Position numbers and translations under genes: made by a program | In this document: positions 20,101 to 29,613 of the stretch, piece by piece | How positions within the stretch are numbered: position 1 is the first letter of the stretch | Layout of the letters: each line of letters opens with the position of its first letter | Notes under the pieces: model-generated | What the model was told of the DNA's origin: nothing | The model's database searches: none | Seen by the model: only the letters and a program-made list of their open reading frames with translations | Source of the DNA: an uncultured Clostridia bacterium | GTDB lineage: Bacteria > Bacillota > Clostridia > TANB77 > CAG-508 | Direction of reading: 5' to 3' | DNA length: 64,000 nucleotides | Assembly (NCBI GenBank): GCA_934157205.1 | Contig: CAKPHJ010000005.1 | Span: 52 to 64,051, forward strand

Positions 20101-23100
20101 AGTTTTCTACTGTTACAGTTGTTACATTTTCCCTTGTAATAACTGCTGTTTTTGGTGTTTTGTCAAATATATAGTTTGCATTATTATTTTCAATTTCATA
20201 TACTAAATATTTGTCAGATTTTAATCCTTCTATTAAAATTTCACCATTACTGTTTGTTACAAATATTGTTGCTTGTGATTCTGTTACATATGATATTTCA
20301 CCTGTACTTGCTTGTTTTACATATTGTCCTGTTGTGCTGCTTTTTACTTTGAATTTAACTGAAGCAAGTCTTTTTGAATTATTGTCTTGGTCTACTTTAA
20401 TTATTTTTAAATCTCCTATGTCTTTTTTAACATTTTCGATTGTTATGCTTGTTGTATTCCCTAATGAAACCACTGCTGTTTTTGCTGTTTTATCTAATTC
20501 ATATTTTTCATTTGGATTAACTGTTTCATATATTAAATATTTTCCAGATTTTAAGCCTTCTATTAAAATTTCACCATTTTTATCTGTTACAAATTCTGTT
20601 GCTTGTGATTCTGTTACATATGTTATTGTTCCATCACTTGCTTTATTTACATATTTTCCTGTTGCACTTTCTTTTATTTTAAATCCTACACCAGCTAATT
20701 TTGTAGAATGATTTTCTTTATCTACTTTTATTATTTTAAGGTTTCCAATATCTTTTTTTGCATTTTCAATTGTTACAGTTCCTGTTGCATTTTGATATAT
20801 TGTTATTACTTTTTCTATTTGTTCATTTTTATATTCTGAATTTGGATTTTTAGTTTCATAAATTGTATAATTTCCTGCTGATAATCCAGAAATATAAATT
20901 TCACCGTTTTTGTCTGTTACAAATTCTGTTGCATTTGCTTCTTCTACATATGTTATTGTTCCATCTCTTGCTTGTTTTACATATTTTCCTGTACTATTAT
21001 TTTTTATTTTAAATCCTACATTTGCAAGTTTTATTGTATGATCATCTTTATCTACTTTTACTATTTTTACATTTCCATCTTTTGGTTCTTCTGACTTTTT
21101 TGTATTTTCAATTGTTACTGTTGTTGTATTTCCTTTTGATATTGTTATAGATTTAGTTGTATTTTCAGATACATAGTTTTCATTTGGATTTGAGGTTTCA
21201 TAAATTGTGTAATCTCCTGTTGGTAGTCCATAAACTGATATTTCACCATTGTTATCTGTTTTAAATGTTGTTGCTTGTGATTCTGATGTTACAAATGTTA
21301 TTGCTCCATTCCTTGCTTTATTTATATATCCTCTTTTATTTTCTTTTATTTTAAAGCTTACATTTGCAAGTTTTATTGTGTGATCATCTTTATCTACTTT
21401 TATTATTTTTAAGTTTCCTTCATCTGGTTCTTCTGCTTTTTTTGTATTTTTTACTTTTATTGTTACTCCACCTGTGTATTTATTTACTGTTACAGGAGGA
21501 TTTGACATTTCATTTCCTTTTGCATCTGTTACTTTTACTGTTGTTTTGCTTGTATCTACAATGTATGCTCCATTGGCTTCTTTTTTGTATACTGACAGTT
21601 CTATTGTTCCATCAAATTTTTCATAACCATCTGGTGCTGATGTTTCTTTAATTGTATATTTGTCTACTACATTCCAGTTGTCATTTGTTACTTGTTTTTT
21701 GCTTACAACACTTAAAGTACCTGTTGATGTGGATTTTTCACTTCCATCAATTGAGAATTTTGTTGTTTTTTGTATAGAATTTCCATTTTCATCTACTTTT
21801 ACTACATCTACATTATATTCTCCTGCTTTATCTTCATAATTCTTAATTTCAAGGGTAATTGTTCCTGTAAATGTATTGATTTTTAATTTTATTGAATCTT
21901 GTAATGCACTATTAGTATATGCATTTCCATTAGAGTCTACCGCTTCTATTTTTGTATTTTCTGTGTCTATTACATAGCTATCTCCTGAACTGCTTATTTT
22001 TTTAGCTACTATTAATTTTATTTTTCCATTAAATATTGCGTAATTTTTTGGTGCCTGTGTTTCTTCTATTTCATATACATCTTTTGTACTTACATTACTT
22101 TTTGTTATTTCTTTCTCATCGACCACAGTTACATATCCGTCAACTGTTCCATAGCTTTTTCCTCCTACATTAAATTTTGCTGTATCATCTATTGTAGAGT
22201 CATTTTCATCTACCTTAACTAAATTTACACTATATTTTCCACCTGCTTCTTTCTGGTTTGGAACATATATTTTTATTTCACCTGTTTCTTCATCTACTGC
22301 TAGCAAATCATCTGCAGTATAGTTAATTGTTTGACCTTTATTCCTTGTAATTTTTAAAGTAGTATTTGCTTTGTCTATTATATAATTTCCTTCTGAGTGT
22401 TGTTTTTTTGCTACTGTTAACTCTAATTTTCCATTAAATAACTCATATCCACTTGGTGCTTTTGTTTCAGTTATTGTATATACATCTTTCGTACTTACAT
22501 TGCTAGAATTTATTTCTTTATTTTTAACTATGTTTAATTTTCCAGCTGATGTTGTTCCACTTGTTCCTCCTTGTACATTAAATGTTGCATTACCATTTGT
22601 TATTGTGTTTAATGCGTTATCTACTTTTTCAATGCTTACATTATATTTTCCATTTGGACTTTTCTTATTCTTCCAATGGACTATAATATCTAATGCTATT
22701 CCACTGTTGTCATCAAATGTCAAATTTTCTATCCATTGCTCTGTTGAAAAATCATCATTTTCATTACATATGTCCTTTAGAGCATGTTTATTTCCATTTA
22801 TTTCAATTGTTACTAAGTCTTTTAATTCTAAATACGCTTCTTTACTAAGAACAGTACCTATTGTCATTAGATTATTATATCTACTTATATTTATCCACAT
22901 ACTACCTTTTGTTTTTTCGTAACCTTCTGGTGCTTGTGTTTCTTGTATTTCATGATTAGCTGGATTCATAGCGTCATATGTATATCCTGCTATTCCTTTA
23001 GTTAAAACAAAAGTGTCTGCAATTCCATAATAGTTAGACATAAATTTTGAAGGTGATGCTATTATGTTTCCATTAAGATCTTCTTTTTGAATGGAAAATC

Positions 23101-24250
23101 TATATTTTTGATCTAATTTATTGTTTTTAACTTTTATTTTGATACTTCCACTAGATTCATCTATAGTTAAATAGTCATCTCTTTGAACATTTGTTGCCTT
23201 ACCATTTTGGTTTATTAATTGTACTGTTGTATTTGACCTATCTATTTGGTATTTGTTATTAACCACTTTCTTCGCTATGTCTATTTTTATTGTTTCTGCA
23301 AGTTTAGCATAACCTGTTGGTGCTTTTGTTTCTGATATATAATATGTATCTTTTTCTGTGTTATTTATCGTTTTATTTGTCACCAATTGTGCTTTACCAT
23401 TAGTTGTTTTTTTTGTTTCTCCATTTATTGCAAATTCTGCTGAAGCATTTGTTATTGTATTGCCATTTTCGTCTGTTTTTTCAAGTTCTAAATTATATAC
23501 TCCATCTTCTGTTGATGGTACTTCTTTTGCACCAAATATAATTTGATTTTGCCTTTTTGGACCATATAAAAATATAAATCTTGCTCTATATGTTTTACTT
23601 CTGCTATTTGTCATAGCCTCTTGCCTTTTACTTGCCGTTCTATTCATATCATCTTTTCCCAGCATTGTTACATTTAAACTTGAAGCTAAATTAAAGTTAC
23701 TAATATTTTGTGATATTATACTTTCTATTGTTGCTTTCCATGAATTCGAACTTACTCCTTGCTCATTATTATTTATAGATTTTATAGAAGCATATGCCAT
23801 TGCTCTTAATGCATTTTTAGCGTTATCTCCATATTCCCATGCATTTCCTTTGCCATCTGCTCTATATAAGTACATTTTGTCTCCATGTATATCTATAATA
23901 CTTACACACTGATATCCTCCAGTTTCTTGTGTATTTGTACTATCAATACAGTATTCACCAACTCTGTGATATGGAGTTCCTCCAGCACATTTAACTGTGT
24001 TTTGTGTTATTAATAGGCTAGAACTAAAGTTAAAATATGTATCACTTGTTCCTTTAGTTCCATATACTGCCAGTTTTGCTAATCCACTATCATATATTTG
24101 TCCAGATTTTATCCAATAATCTACATCATTTGCAGTAGTGCTTTCTTGTACTGCACCTATAGATTTATTTATAAGCATTGTAATAAATGTTAAGGTTACA
24201 AAAATGATTGTCAATATTTTTTTACTATGTTTTAATATTGTTTTTTTCAT
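17123..24250 (-). CDS. Giant surface adhesin/pilin-like protein B2 (2375 aa): signal peptide, Cys-containing N-terminal domain, two arrays of Ig-like (SpaA/Cna-B-type) repeats, SdrD-B-like domains, VPNTG sorting signal
   Basis: Signal peptide MKKTILKHSKKILTIIFVTLTFITML. There are 5 tandem ~105-aa repeats (GNLKIIKVDKDDHTIKLANVSFKIK...NGEI...GLP.G.Y.IYET.NP..Y) and 4-5 repeats of a second ~135-aa type. GFVWKD...NGEYKF units are SdrD-B-like. The C-terminus is VVPNTGG + TM + KKKIL. GGAGGGG RBS. Confidence 0.85.
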   Translation of the reverse strand: MKKTILKHSKKILTIIFVTLTFITMLINKSIGAVQESTTANDVDYWIKSGQIYDSGLAKLAVYGTKGTSDTYFNFSSSLLITQNTVKCAGGTPYHRVGEYCIDSTNTQETGGYQCVSIIDIHGDKMYLYRADGKGNAWEYGDNAKNALRAMAYASIKSINNNEQGVSSNSWKATIESIISQNISNFNLASSLNVTMLGKDDMNRTASKRQEAMTNSRSKTYRARFIFLYGPKRQNQIIFGAKEVPSTEDGVYNLELEKTDENGNTITNASAEFAINGETKKTTNGKAQLVTNKTINNTEKDTYYISETKAPTGYAKLAETIKIDIAKKVVNNKYQIDRSNTTVQLINQNGKATNVQRDDYLTIDESSGSIKIKVKNNKLDQKYRFSIQKEDLNGNIIASPSKFMSNYYGIADTFVLTKGIAGYTYDAMNPANHEIQETQAPEGYEKTKGSMWINISRYNNLMTIGTVLSKEAYLELKDLVTIEINGNKHALKDICNENDDFSTEQWIENLTFDDNSGIALDIIVHWKNKKSPNGKYNVSIEKVDNALNTITNGNATFNVQGGTSGTTSAGKLNIVKNKEINSSNVSTKDVYTITETKAPSGYELFNGKLELTVAKKQHSEGNYIIDKANTTLKITRNKGQTINYTADDLLAVDEETGEIKIYVPNQKEAGGKYSVNLVKVDENDSTIDDTAKFNVGGKSYGTVDGYVTVVDEKEITKSNVSTKDVYEIEETQAPKNYAIFNGKIKLIVAKKISSSGDSYVIDTENTKIEAVDSNGNAYTNSALQDSIKLKINTFTGTITLEIKNYEDKAGEYNVDVVKVDENGNSIQKTTKFSIDGSEKSTSTGTLSVVSKKQVTNDNWNVVDKYTIKETSAPDGYEKFDGTIELSVYKKEANGAYIVDTSKTTVKVTDAKGNEMSNPPVTVNKYTGGVTIKVKNTKKAEEPDEGNLKIIKVDKDDHTIKLANVSFKIKENKRGYINKARNGAITFVTSESQATTFKTDNNGEISVYGLPTGDYTIYETSNPNENYVSENTTKSITISKGNTTTVTIENTKKSEEPKDGNVKIVKVDKDDHTIKLANVGFKIKNNSTGKYVKQARDGTITYVEEANATEFVTDKNGEIYISGLSAGNYTIYETKNPNSEYKNEQIEKVITIYQNATGTVTIENAKKDIGNLKIIKVDKENHSTKLAGVGFKIKESATGKYVNKASDGTITYVTESQATEFVTDKNGEILIEGLKSGKYLIYETVNPNEKYELDKTAKTAVVSLGNTTSITIENVKKDIGDLKIIKVDQDNNSKRLASVKFKVKSSTTGQYVKQASTGEISYVTESQATIFVTNSNGEILIEGLKSDKYLVYEIENNNANYIFDKTPKTAVITRENVTTVTVENYRIKLGNIKFIKVVKGNTNIKLSNFSFKIEPQSLDLPSYANTSEINQKYNTTRTFTTNSNGEATLTNLPLGTYKITEISTGGNKYFKIGNTITVKVTQEGKTITQTMENEISYADISGFVWKDYIAGKKSEKNDRYDQNEDKIEGIKVVLKNGNTEVKNTTTNSNGEYKFELVPIETIKSSELKVEFTFNGMIYESVTPNISKNITNASRAKENAQLRNQTNKQYSTQEAGQKVTSFNMTADTKTAGCTLADYMEISTENGVKAEIKNMNLGLGEREQPDLAILKDVLKSQVSINGKTYTYNYADRFKEPEDLQQSEWTVEFKSKFTNSYTQPIYPSDIEYTGSDELKVYVIYKIAVKNDSTSLSAKVGSIVDYYDSDYNVVKVGTGVDGNEITGELKWNNSEEINANGNTYRKMTIYPSQTIIKHQSVMNDNDSIYVKFEIGKNTVSKIMNNNEALDNVVEINSQTYFSDENGQNLYAGFDKDSTPGNYNITTQTPSEDDTDKAPLFKLSNAGTRTIEGMVFEDNKGVSSETKVGEERKGNGTYDIGEPGIKNVTVRLVDSEDNSKIFAETTTDENGKYTLSNFVPGNYKITYIWGDSTYNANEYKSTIYPNKDRQNDEKWYKKDSQTRYQDAMDNYDTRTALDNQNSQTIDYSTTINDTDKMDSSTPKISIEVENTEGTETDASKLNSSLQYDIENIDFGIIERPRQQIIAEKEVSNVKLNLANGQELLNVDIDENGIKNPDHTSSAGQTKGSLTYLNGNPGNIKIETDDELIQGSVLKITYVVKAKNNSELDYNTKEYYLYGEINGEQTSKMKALGIIDYMDKGLDIETQDNTWIKITKDELKNGISGIENSQLVSEEVYKSTGLDSKVLLYTKALANEELQIGQTSSTGVKLSVSGLLANKDEISVGNDVEIVKIHSDTPRKLHEEIPGNYDPAKSDTREPDDDQAPPVNVVPNTGGNGNKNVIIAGISIASLAVIAVGIVIIKKKIL

Positions 24251-27200
24251 TTTTTCCCCTCCTTACATTTATTTTTTTTATTCCAAATATTATTAATAAT
24301 AATACTGCTATTGTTAAAATTATTATTCCTATTATTATTCCAGCTCCTGTACGTATAGAAACAATAAGTTCTGCTGAGCTTATGTCATCTTCACCTGTTG
24401 CTTTGTTTCCTGGTACAGAATCTTTGTCTGCTATAGATTGCTTATTACTTGCTTTTGCTATTTCGGCTGTGTTTATAGCTGTTCCTGTACTATTTTCGTT
24501 CATGTTTTTTATAAGTGTTAATGTTAGTGTTTTGGTTTCTCCTGGATTAATTATTTCGTTTTCTAAACTTGTGTTGTGTAAAGTGTTTCCATTATTAGTT
24601 GTATACCAGTCTTTGTTTATTTCAGTATTTATTTTGTATCCGTTTGGTATGTAATCAACTATATCATTTGCATATCCAGCTAATTCACCTTCATTTGTTA
24701 TATCTATAGAATATTCTACTAATATTGTAGAATTGTTTATTTGTTTTGAGTCTAATTCTACTTTTGCAAGTTGTGTTTTATCATATTGCATTGTTTTAGT
24801 TTGTTTTGAATTTTGTACTATAACTTTAGTAATATATTTGTCTAATTTTAAATCAAATATTTTGTTTTCTATAAATCCTGCATCTATGTTTTGTACTTCA
24901 TTTTCTGAAACTTCTATTGTTTCTGTTGTAGCTATTGTGTATCCAGATAATTCTTTAGCTATAACATCAGAATTTATTGTTTCATCTACTCCTGTTTTTT
25001 TATAGTCTGTAATTGAATATTTTTGTGTGTCATATGCAATAATGACTACATATTTTCCATCTTTTAGGTTATTAAATGTATATTCTCCAGTTTCATCTGT
25101 TGTTATTTTACTAATTTCATTTTCATTTTTGTCTGTTGCAATATTTCCACTTTCTGCTTCAATTAAACTAACTTCCATTCCTTTTATTCCGTATTCAAAA
25201 GTATCTTTTTGTCCATTTTCATTTTCATCTAACCACACTTGTCCAGATATTGAACTACTTTTTTCTTGCTCTTGATTATCACTTGGATTTTCTGTGTCTG
25301 GATTTGGATTTGGCTGTGGGTTATCTGGATTATCTGGCTTTGGATTATCTGGCTTTGGGTTGTCTGGCTTTGGGTTGTCTGGATTATCAGGTTCTGGATT
25401 TTCTACGTTTTTCATTTTGTATGTAACTTCATTTGATTTTAAATTTAAATTATAACCTGTTATTTCTATATTATTTTTTATTTCGTTATTACCTTCTGCC
25501 TTACTTTCGTCAACCATTGTATCTATAACAAATTGAATTTCTTCATTTGATTTTACTGTTGTTTCATAATATATATAATTTTCTTCTGGATTACTTATTA
25601 TTTTTCTTTTTCCGTCTTTTATCATATATATTTGTTTTATTTCAAGAGTTTTTGGTAAATCATCTGTTATTGTTATATTAACTTCTTCATCACTTTCGTT
25701 TTTTATAGTTGCTGTATATGTAATAATATCTCCTGTTTGAACCTCTTCTGACTCTATATTTCCTTTTAAGTCTACTGTTAGATTTAATTTGTTATTATAT
25801 GCTTTTTTCTTTATAACATTTGAATAATATGTTCCATTATCTACTTTTGCAACTGCATCTAATGATATTTCATGTTCACTTTCTTCAAAATTATCAACAG
25901 ATAAACCTTCTAATATTTCTATAGTTTGCTGTGGATTTATTGAAAGAATTTTAAATTTTATTTCATTATTTTCAATTCCTTCATATGAATATTCACTGCT
26001 TCCAATTAAATCTGATTCTTTAAAATTTGTGAATTCAGCAATTGGTACTTTTACTTCAACATTTTCTAAAACTTTGTCTGATAAATTTTTTACTGTTAAT
26101 ATATATGGAAGATATCCACCTGCTGGAATTTCTCTTTCTTCATTATATGAGCATTCCATTGTTACTTTTAAATTTGCTTGTTTTATAGGATTAGATAATG
26201 TTGTATATGTTTGTGCATTCATATTTTCTGCTTCTAGTACCAAAGTTCCTGTAGTATTTTCATTTACCGCTTCTTTTGCAGAAAATTGATATTCGAATGA
26301 TACACTTTCTCCTTTTTTTAATGTTTCTTTAGTAAATTCTTTTTTATCTATTTTTTCGTCTTCAATTATTCTTGTAGATTCCATATCATAACCTGTTAAT
26401 GTATTTTGCTGTATTGTTACTACATTGTTATAAAATATTGCATTTTCTTGTTTTGCAGTTACTTTTAAATTATTTATATCTGAGCCTGTATTATTTGTTA
26501 ATGTAACAATTTCTTTAACAGCCTGTCCTTCATTTATGCTTTCTCCATCTACTAAAGTTTTTCTTCCTGATACAGCATTTACTGATATTTCTCCAAAGTC
26601 TGTTACAATGTTTTGTTTTAAAGAACTTCCTTCTTCACTATTTAAATTTGTAGCTAAAAATGTAGCATAATCTTTGCTTACACTATTATTTTTATCATTG
26701 TATTTTATATTAACTGTTTCATAAGCACTTTCATTATATCCTAGGTTTTCTGGTACATTTAGTTCATATGATACTACTGCAGTTTCTTTTGGATTTAAAC
26801 TTTCATTTTCAAGTTCTATTTTATATGATTTTATATTTTTAAAATTTTCTATGTTTTCAGTCCAATTTGCTTGATTTTCTTCTGTATTTTCTTGTTCTGA
26901 ATAATATATTTTTGCATTTTTTCCTTCAACATTTATATTTTTTAATTTAGATACAAATGTGCTTTTTAAATTTTCTCCATTTACATTTTCTTCTGTTGTT
27001 GGTATTTTTCCTACTATGCTTATTCCACTTATTGTATCTTCTGTATTGTTTACTATACTTCTTTCTATTTTTATATTTTTTTGTTTTGTATTTATATCCA
27101 ATTTTCCGTTTAAATTTTCATTTGTTGTAGATTCTAGTACAGTGCCTTCATTATTATAATTATTTACTTTACTATAAACTAAAACTCCATTTTTAGATAT

Positions 27201-27575
27201 TAAATCTAGACTTGTTTTTGTTTCATAATATTTTTCATTGCCATTATCATTTGTATATCTTAATGTTAAGTCTGTTTTATTTGCCGCAGTATTTTTAGCA
27301 AATGTTATGCTTGCATTTATTATTATTTGAATTCCTTGACTTATTTCATTTATATATTTGGTTTGTTCACCTTTTAATTCAATTGCTATTACTTTTCCTA
27401 AACCATCTATGTTTTTCAATTCTGCCTTACTTACTTCAAATTCATCAGCATATAGTTTGTTTATACTATTTACTTTTATGCTTTCTATGCCTTGTGGTAA
27501 AATAATCAAAATTTTTGGATTTTTATACAATGTGTTTTTTTCATTTGCAGACTTTAAAACCACACTCATTTCCAC
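24225..27575 (-). CDS. Surface protein A2, C-terminal part (DUF11-type repeats, PDNPK linker, SdrD-B-like domain, SIRTGA sorting signal); continuation of 27895..29250 after a +1 frame break
   Basis: This frame is open upstream to ~27914 and there encodes ...GIDENGNIVISYPENVNSILINTSKPQNIG..., collinear with residues ~470-560 of paralog A1. The track's first start (GTG 27575) is internal. DUF11-like VQTGDIITYTATIKNESDEEVNITITDDLP. The C-terminus is SIRTGAG + TM + basic tail. Confidence 0.85.
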   Translation of the reverse strand: MEMSVVLKSANEKNTLYKNPKILIILPQGIESIKVNSINKLYADEFEVSKAELKNIDGLGKVIAIELKGEQTKYINEISQGIQIIINASITFAKNTAANKTDLTLRYTNDNGNEKYYETKTSLDLISKNGVLVYSKVNNYNNEGTVLESTTNENLNGKLDINTKQKNIKIERSIVNNTEDTISGISIVGKIPTTEENVNGENLKSTFVSKLKNINVEGKNAKIYYSEQENTEENQANWTENIENFKNIKSYKIELENESLNPKETAVVSYELNVPENLGYNESAYETVNIKYNDKNNSVSKDYATFLATNLNSEEGSSLKQNIVTDFGEISVNAVSGRKTLVDGESINEGQAVKEIVTLTNNTGSDINNLKVTAKQENAIFYNNVVTIQQNTLTGYDMESTRIIEDEKIDKKEFTKETLKKGESVSFEYQFSAKEAVNENTTGTLVLEAENMNAQTYTTLSNPIKQANLKVTMECSYNEEREIPAGGYLPYILTVKNLSDKVLENVEVKVPIAEFTNFKESDLIGSSEYSYEGIENNEIKFKILSINPQQTIEILEGLSVDNFEESEHEISLDAVAKVDNGTYYSNVIKKKAYNNKLNLTVDLKGNIESEEVQTGDIITYTATIKNESDEEVNITITDDLPKTLEIKQIYMIKDGKRKIISNPEENYIYYETTVKSNEEIQFVIDTMVDESKAEGNNEIKNNIEITGYNLNLKSNEVTYKMKNVENPEPDNPDNPKPDNPKPDNPKPDNPDNPQPNPNPDTENPSDNQEQEKSSSISGQVWLDENENGQKDTFEYGIKGMEVSLIEAESGNIATDKNENEISKITTDETGEYTFNNLKDGKYVVIIAYDTQKYSITDYKKTGVDETINSDVIAKELSGYTIATTETIEVSENEVQNIDAGFIENKIFDLKLDKYITKVIVQNSKQTKTMQYDKTQLAKVELDSKQINNSTILVEYSIDITNEGELAGYANDIVDYIPNGYKINTEINKDWYTTNNGNTLHNTSLENEIINPGETKTLTLTLIKNMNENSTGTAINTAEIAKASNKQSIADKDSVPGNKATGEDDISSAELIVSIRTGAGIIIGIIILTIAVLLLIIFGIKKINVRRGKNEKNNIKT
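25296..25397 (-). repeat. Coding tandem repeat (15-bp units) encoding the PEPDNPDNPKPDNPKPDNPKPDNPDNPQPNPNPD linker of A2
   Basis: On the plus strand, TTATCTGGCTTTGG(A/G)-type units are repeated head to tail. Confidence 0.8.
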
Positions 27576-27894
27576 ATTATTTTCTTCAAGTGTGGATAAA
27601 CTTGTTTTGTTTATTTTTATTTCGGCTGATGTTTCTGGTTCTTTTAGTTCAATTTTATTTTTTATATTTTGTATTTTTGCATTGCTAACATCTAAACTAT
27701 TAATATTTGTATATTCTTTATATGTATAATTAATAGTTTGGCTTATTTCATTTATGTTTTTGTATTCTTCTTTATTTTCAGCCTTTATTTGTTTTAAATC
27801 TGTTATTTCTATGCTTCCAATATTTTGTGGTTTACTTGTATTTATTAAAATACTATTTACATTTTCAGGATATGATATTACTATATTTCCATTT

Positions 27895-29250
27895 TCATCT
27901 ATTCCGTATTTCTTTGTTTAATTCTGCAATTATTTCACTATTTTTTGTGTTGATTATTTTTATAGTAAATTCTTCTCCTAAAACATTTACTATTTGTTGT
28001 TTATTTATATAAGAAGTTTTATATTGTATATTTGCATTTCCATTATCTTTATTGTATTGTAATTCACCTATTGTTATATCTTGTGCAATATTAGCTGTTA
28101 CATCAATTTTTAATTTTGTTTTTATATCTCTATCTATATTTGCATATAAATTCCCTTTATATATACTGTTTTCATAGTTATACATATTTAATTTAATTGT
28201 TGAGTCTTTATATTCATTATTTAATATTGCATTTTCATTTGTATTTGATATTATTTCTTTATTGTCTTGCAATACAATTTTTTGTTTTAATGAAATTGTT
28301 GTATCTTGTATATCTTTATATTCATCATAAATATATGTTAATATTACTTTTTCATTTGCTTTTTTGTTCCATAAAATTTTGTTATTTTGTTCATTTCCTT
28401 CGTTTTTCATTTTTATTTCTAATATTCCATTAGAATAATTAAATTCATATTCTTTCATGTTGTTCATTTGAACATTTTTTTCTATTTTTGGTTCTTTACC
28501 ATTAAGTTTTGGTACACTTATTTGTGCTGTAATGTTTTTTATAGGATATTCATTGTTTGTTAATCCTAATTGTAATTCTAATTGTACTATTCTTTTTTCT
28601 TCTCCATTTATTATTGCTTTTTTGTTTGTTATGATATTTACATCATTTTTTATATTTTCTTTATTTATTTGTCCACTTACTAAATTTAGTTTTATGTCTT
28701 TTGTTGTATTAATTTCTACATCTTTCTTTTCTCCATTTTTGTATACACCTTTTAATTCTACATTACTTTGAAGAGAAAGTTTGCTTTGTTCAAATTGCTC
28801 TCCAATATCTGATTGTATTGGTATTTCAATTTCTTCTTGATTTCCTGCATTTACTTGGTTTAAAACTATTTTTTTACTTTCTATTTTCTTTATATAGTCG
28901 TTTTTAGTGTCTGTTTTAAATGTAAAGTTACTATTTGTTAAATTAATTTCACCATTGAAATAGCCTTCTTGTTTTACATTTACATATAAATACATTTTTA
29001 AACTTTCACTGTTTATGGCATTAGTATTTTCAGTTACAATATTTCCATTTTCGTCTTTAAAATATGCTGAAAATTCAACATTTTTATTATTAGTTTTTGT
29101 GTCAAGATAAGAATACATACCTTCATTTCCTGTATTGTCAGATACAGCTAAAGCGATGTTATGTCCTAATAATATTAAATTCACTGATGTCATTTGCATT
29201 ATTAATGCTACTACAATTATGCTTTTTAAAAGTTTCCTTTTTGTTTTCAT
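27895..29250 (-). CDS. Surface protein A2, N-terminal part (signal peptide plus a domain homologous to the A1 N-terminus), terminated 3 codons after an in-frame CGG
   Basis: NKNVEFSAYFKDENGN...VKQEGYFNGEINLTNSNF aligns with A1 HKNVEFSAYFKNEKGE...VKQEGYFNGEISLDSGNF. The probable start is ATG 29250 (MKTKRKLL) behind GGAGGA; the track start is 29271. It ends ...GAA ATA CGG AAT AGA TGA. Confidence 0.85.
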   Translation of the reverse strand: MKTKRKLLKSIIVVALIMQMTSVNLILLGHNIALAVSDNTGNEGMYSYLDTKTNNKNVEFSAYFKDENGNIVTENTNAINSESLKMYLYVNVKQEGYFNGEINLTNSNFTFKTDTKNDYIKKIESKKIVLNQVNAGNQEEIEIPIQSDIGEQFEQSKLSLQSNVELKGVYKNGEKKDVEINTTKDIKLNLVSGQINKENIKNDVNIITNKKAIINGEEKRIVQLELQLGLTNNEYPIKNITAQISVPKLNGKEPKIEKNVQMNNMKEYEFNYSNGILEIKMKNEGNEQNNKILWNKKANEKVILTYIYDEYKDIQDTTISLKQKIVLQDNKEIISNTNENAILNNEYKDSTIKLNMYNYENSIYKGNLYANIDRDIKTKLKIDVTANIAQDITIGELQYNKDNGNANIQYKTSYINKQQIVNVLGEEFTIKIINTKNSEIIAELNKEIRNR

Positions 29251-29290
29251 AGTTTTCCTCCATGTATACAAAGTTATTCTTATATATTAA

Positions 29291-29319
29291 ATATTATATT
29301 TTTTTGATTTTAAAAGCAA
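29291..29319 (-). promoter_or_regulatory. Putative sigma-A promoter of A2 (TTGCTT-17 nt-TAATAT)
   Basis: On the minus strand, -35 TTGCTT (29319-29314), a 17-nt spacer and -10 TAATAT (29296-29291). It has the same geometry relative to the upstream motifs as the A1 promoter. Confidence 0.45.
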
Positions 29320-29359
29320 TATATGTTTTTTCCAACTTTTTTTTACTTCCTTCTATTGC

Positions 29360-29428
29360 TTTACGGAAGCTGTATTCATGTGTTTTTTATGTATTTTTTT
29401 ATATTTTAATTACATTTTTGTTACATTT
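29360..29428 (-). promoter_or_regulatory. Conserved upstream element of A2: TTTACGGAA plus three 11-bp-phased TTA(C/T)ATTT repeats
   Basis: TTTACGGAA lies at 29360-29368, 41 nt from the -35. The repeats are at 29399 (TTATATTT), 29410 and 29421 (TTACATTT). The offsets (+39, +50, +61) are identical upstream of A1. Confidence 0.55.
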
Positions 29429-29494
29429 AGTATTGTTTTGTCTTATTTTAATTTATTGTTTTGAAATTGTTGAAGCCTTAGGGACACAATGTTT

Positions 29495-29566
29495 GTGCAC
29501 AAAATCTCCAAGGGCTAGCAATTGTAGTTTTTATATACTAGGAAAGTTCTACTTTCCTAGTATACA
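29495..29566 (+). repeat. Intergenic repeat family copy B (3' half with a 14-bp-stem hairpin)
   Basis: AAAATCTCCAAGGGCTAGCAATTGTAGTTTTTATATACTAGGAAAGTTCTACTTTCCTAGTATA matches 56683-56747. Confidence 0.7.
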
Positions 29567-29570
29567 AAAA

Positions 29571-29598
29571 AATAAGGAACCTTTTACAGTTCCTTATT
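29571..29598 (-). terminator. Intrinsic terminator of the NTase-PHP operon
   Basis: On the minus strand, stem AATAAGGAAC / GTTCCTTATT (10 bp) with an 8-nt loop is followed by TTTTTTGT. Confidence 0.7.
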
Positions 29599-29613
29599 TA
29601 AACAATATTTATT

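Noticed and set aside
25296-25397. Short tandem direct repeats that could superficially look like a mini CRISPR or VNTR locus.
   Set aside because: The units are 15 bp with no spacers and lie in frame within the A2 CDS, encoding a PDNPK linker. No CRISPR-like repeat-spacer architecture exists anywhere in the window.
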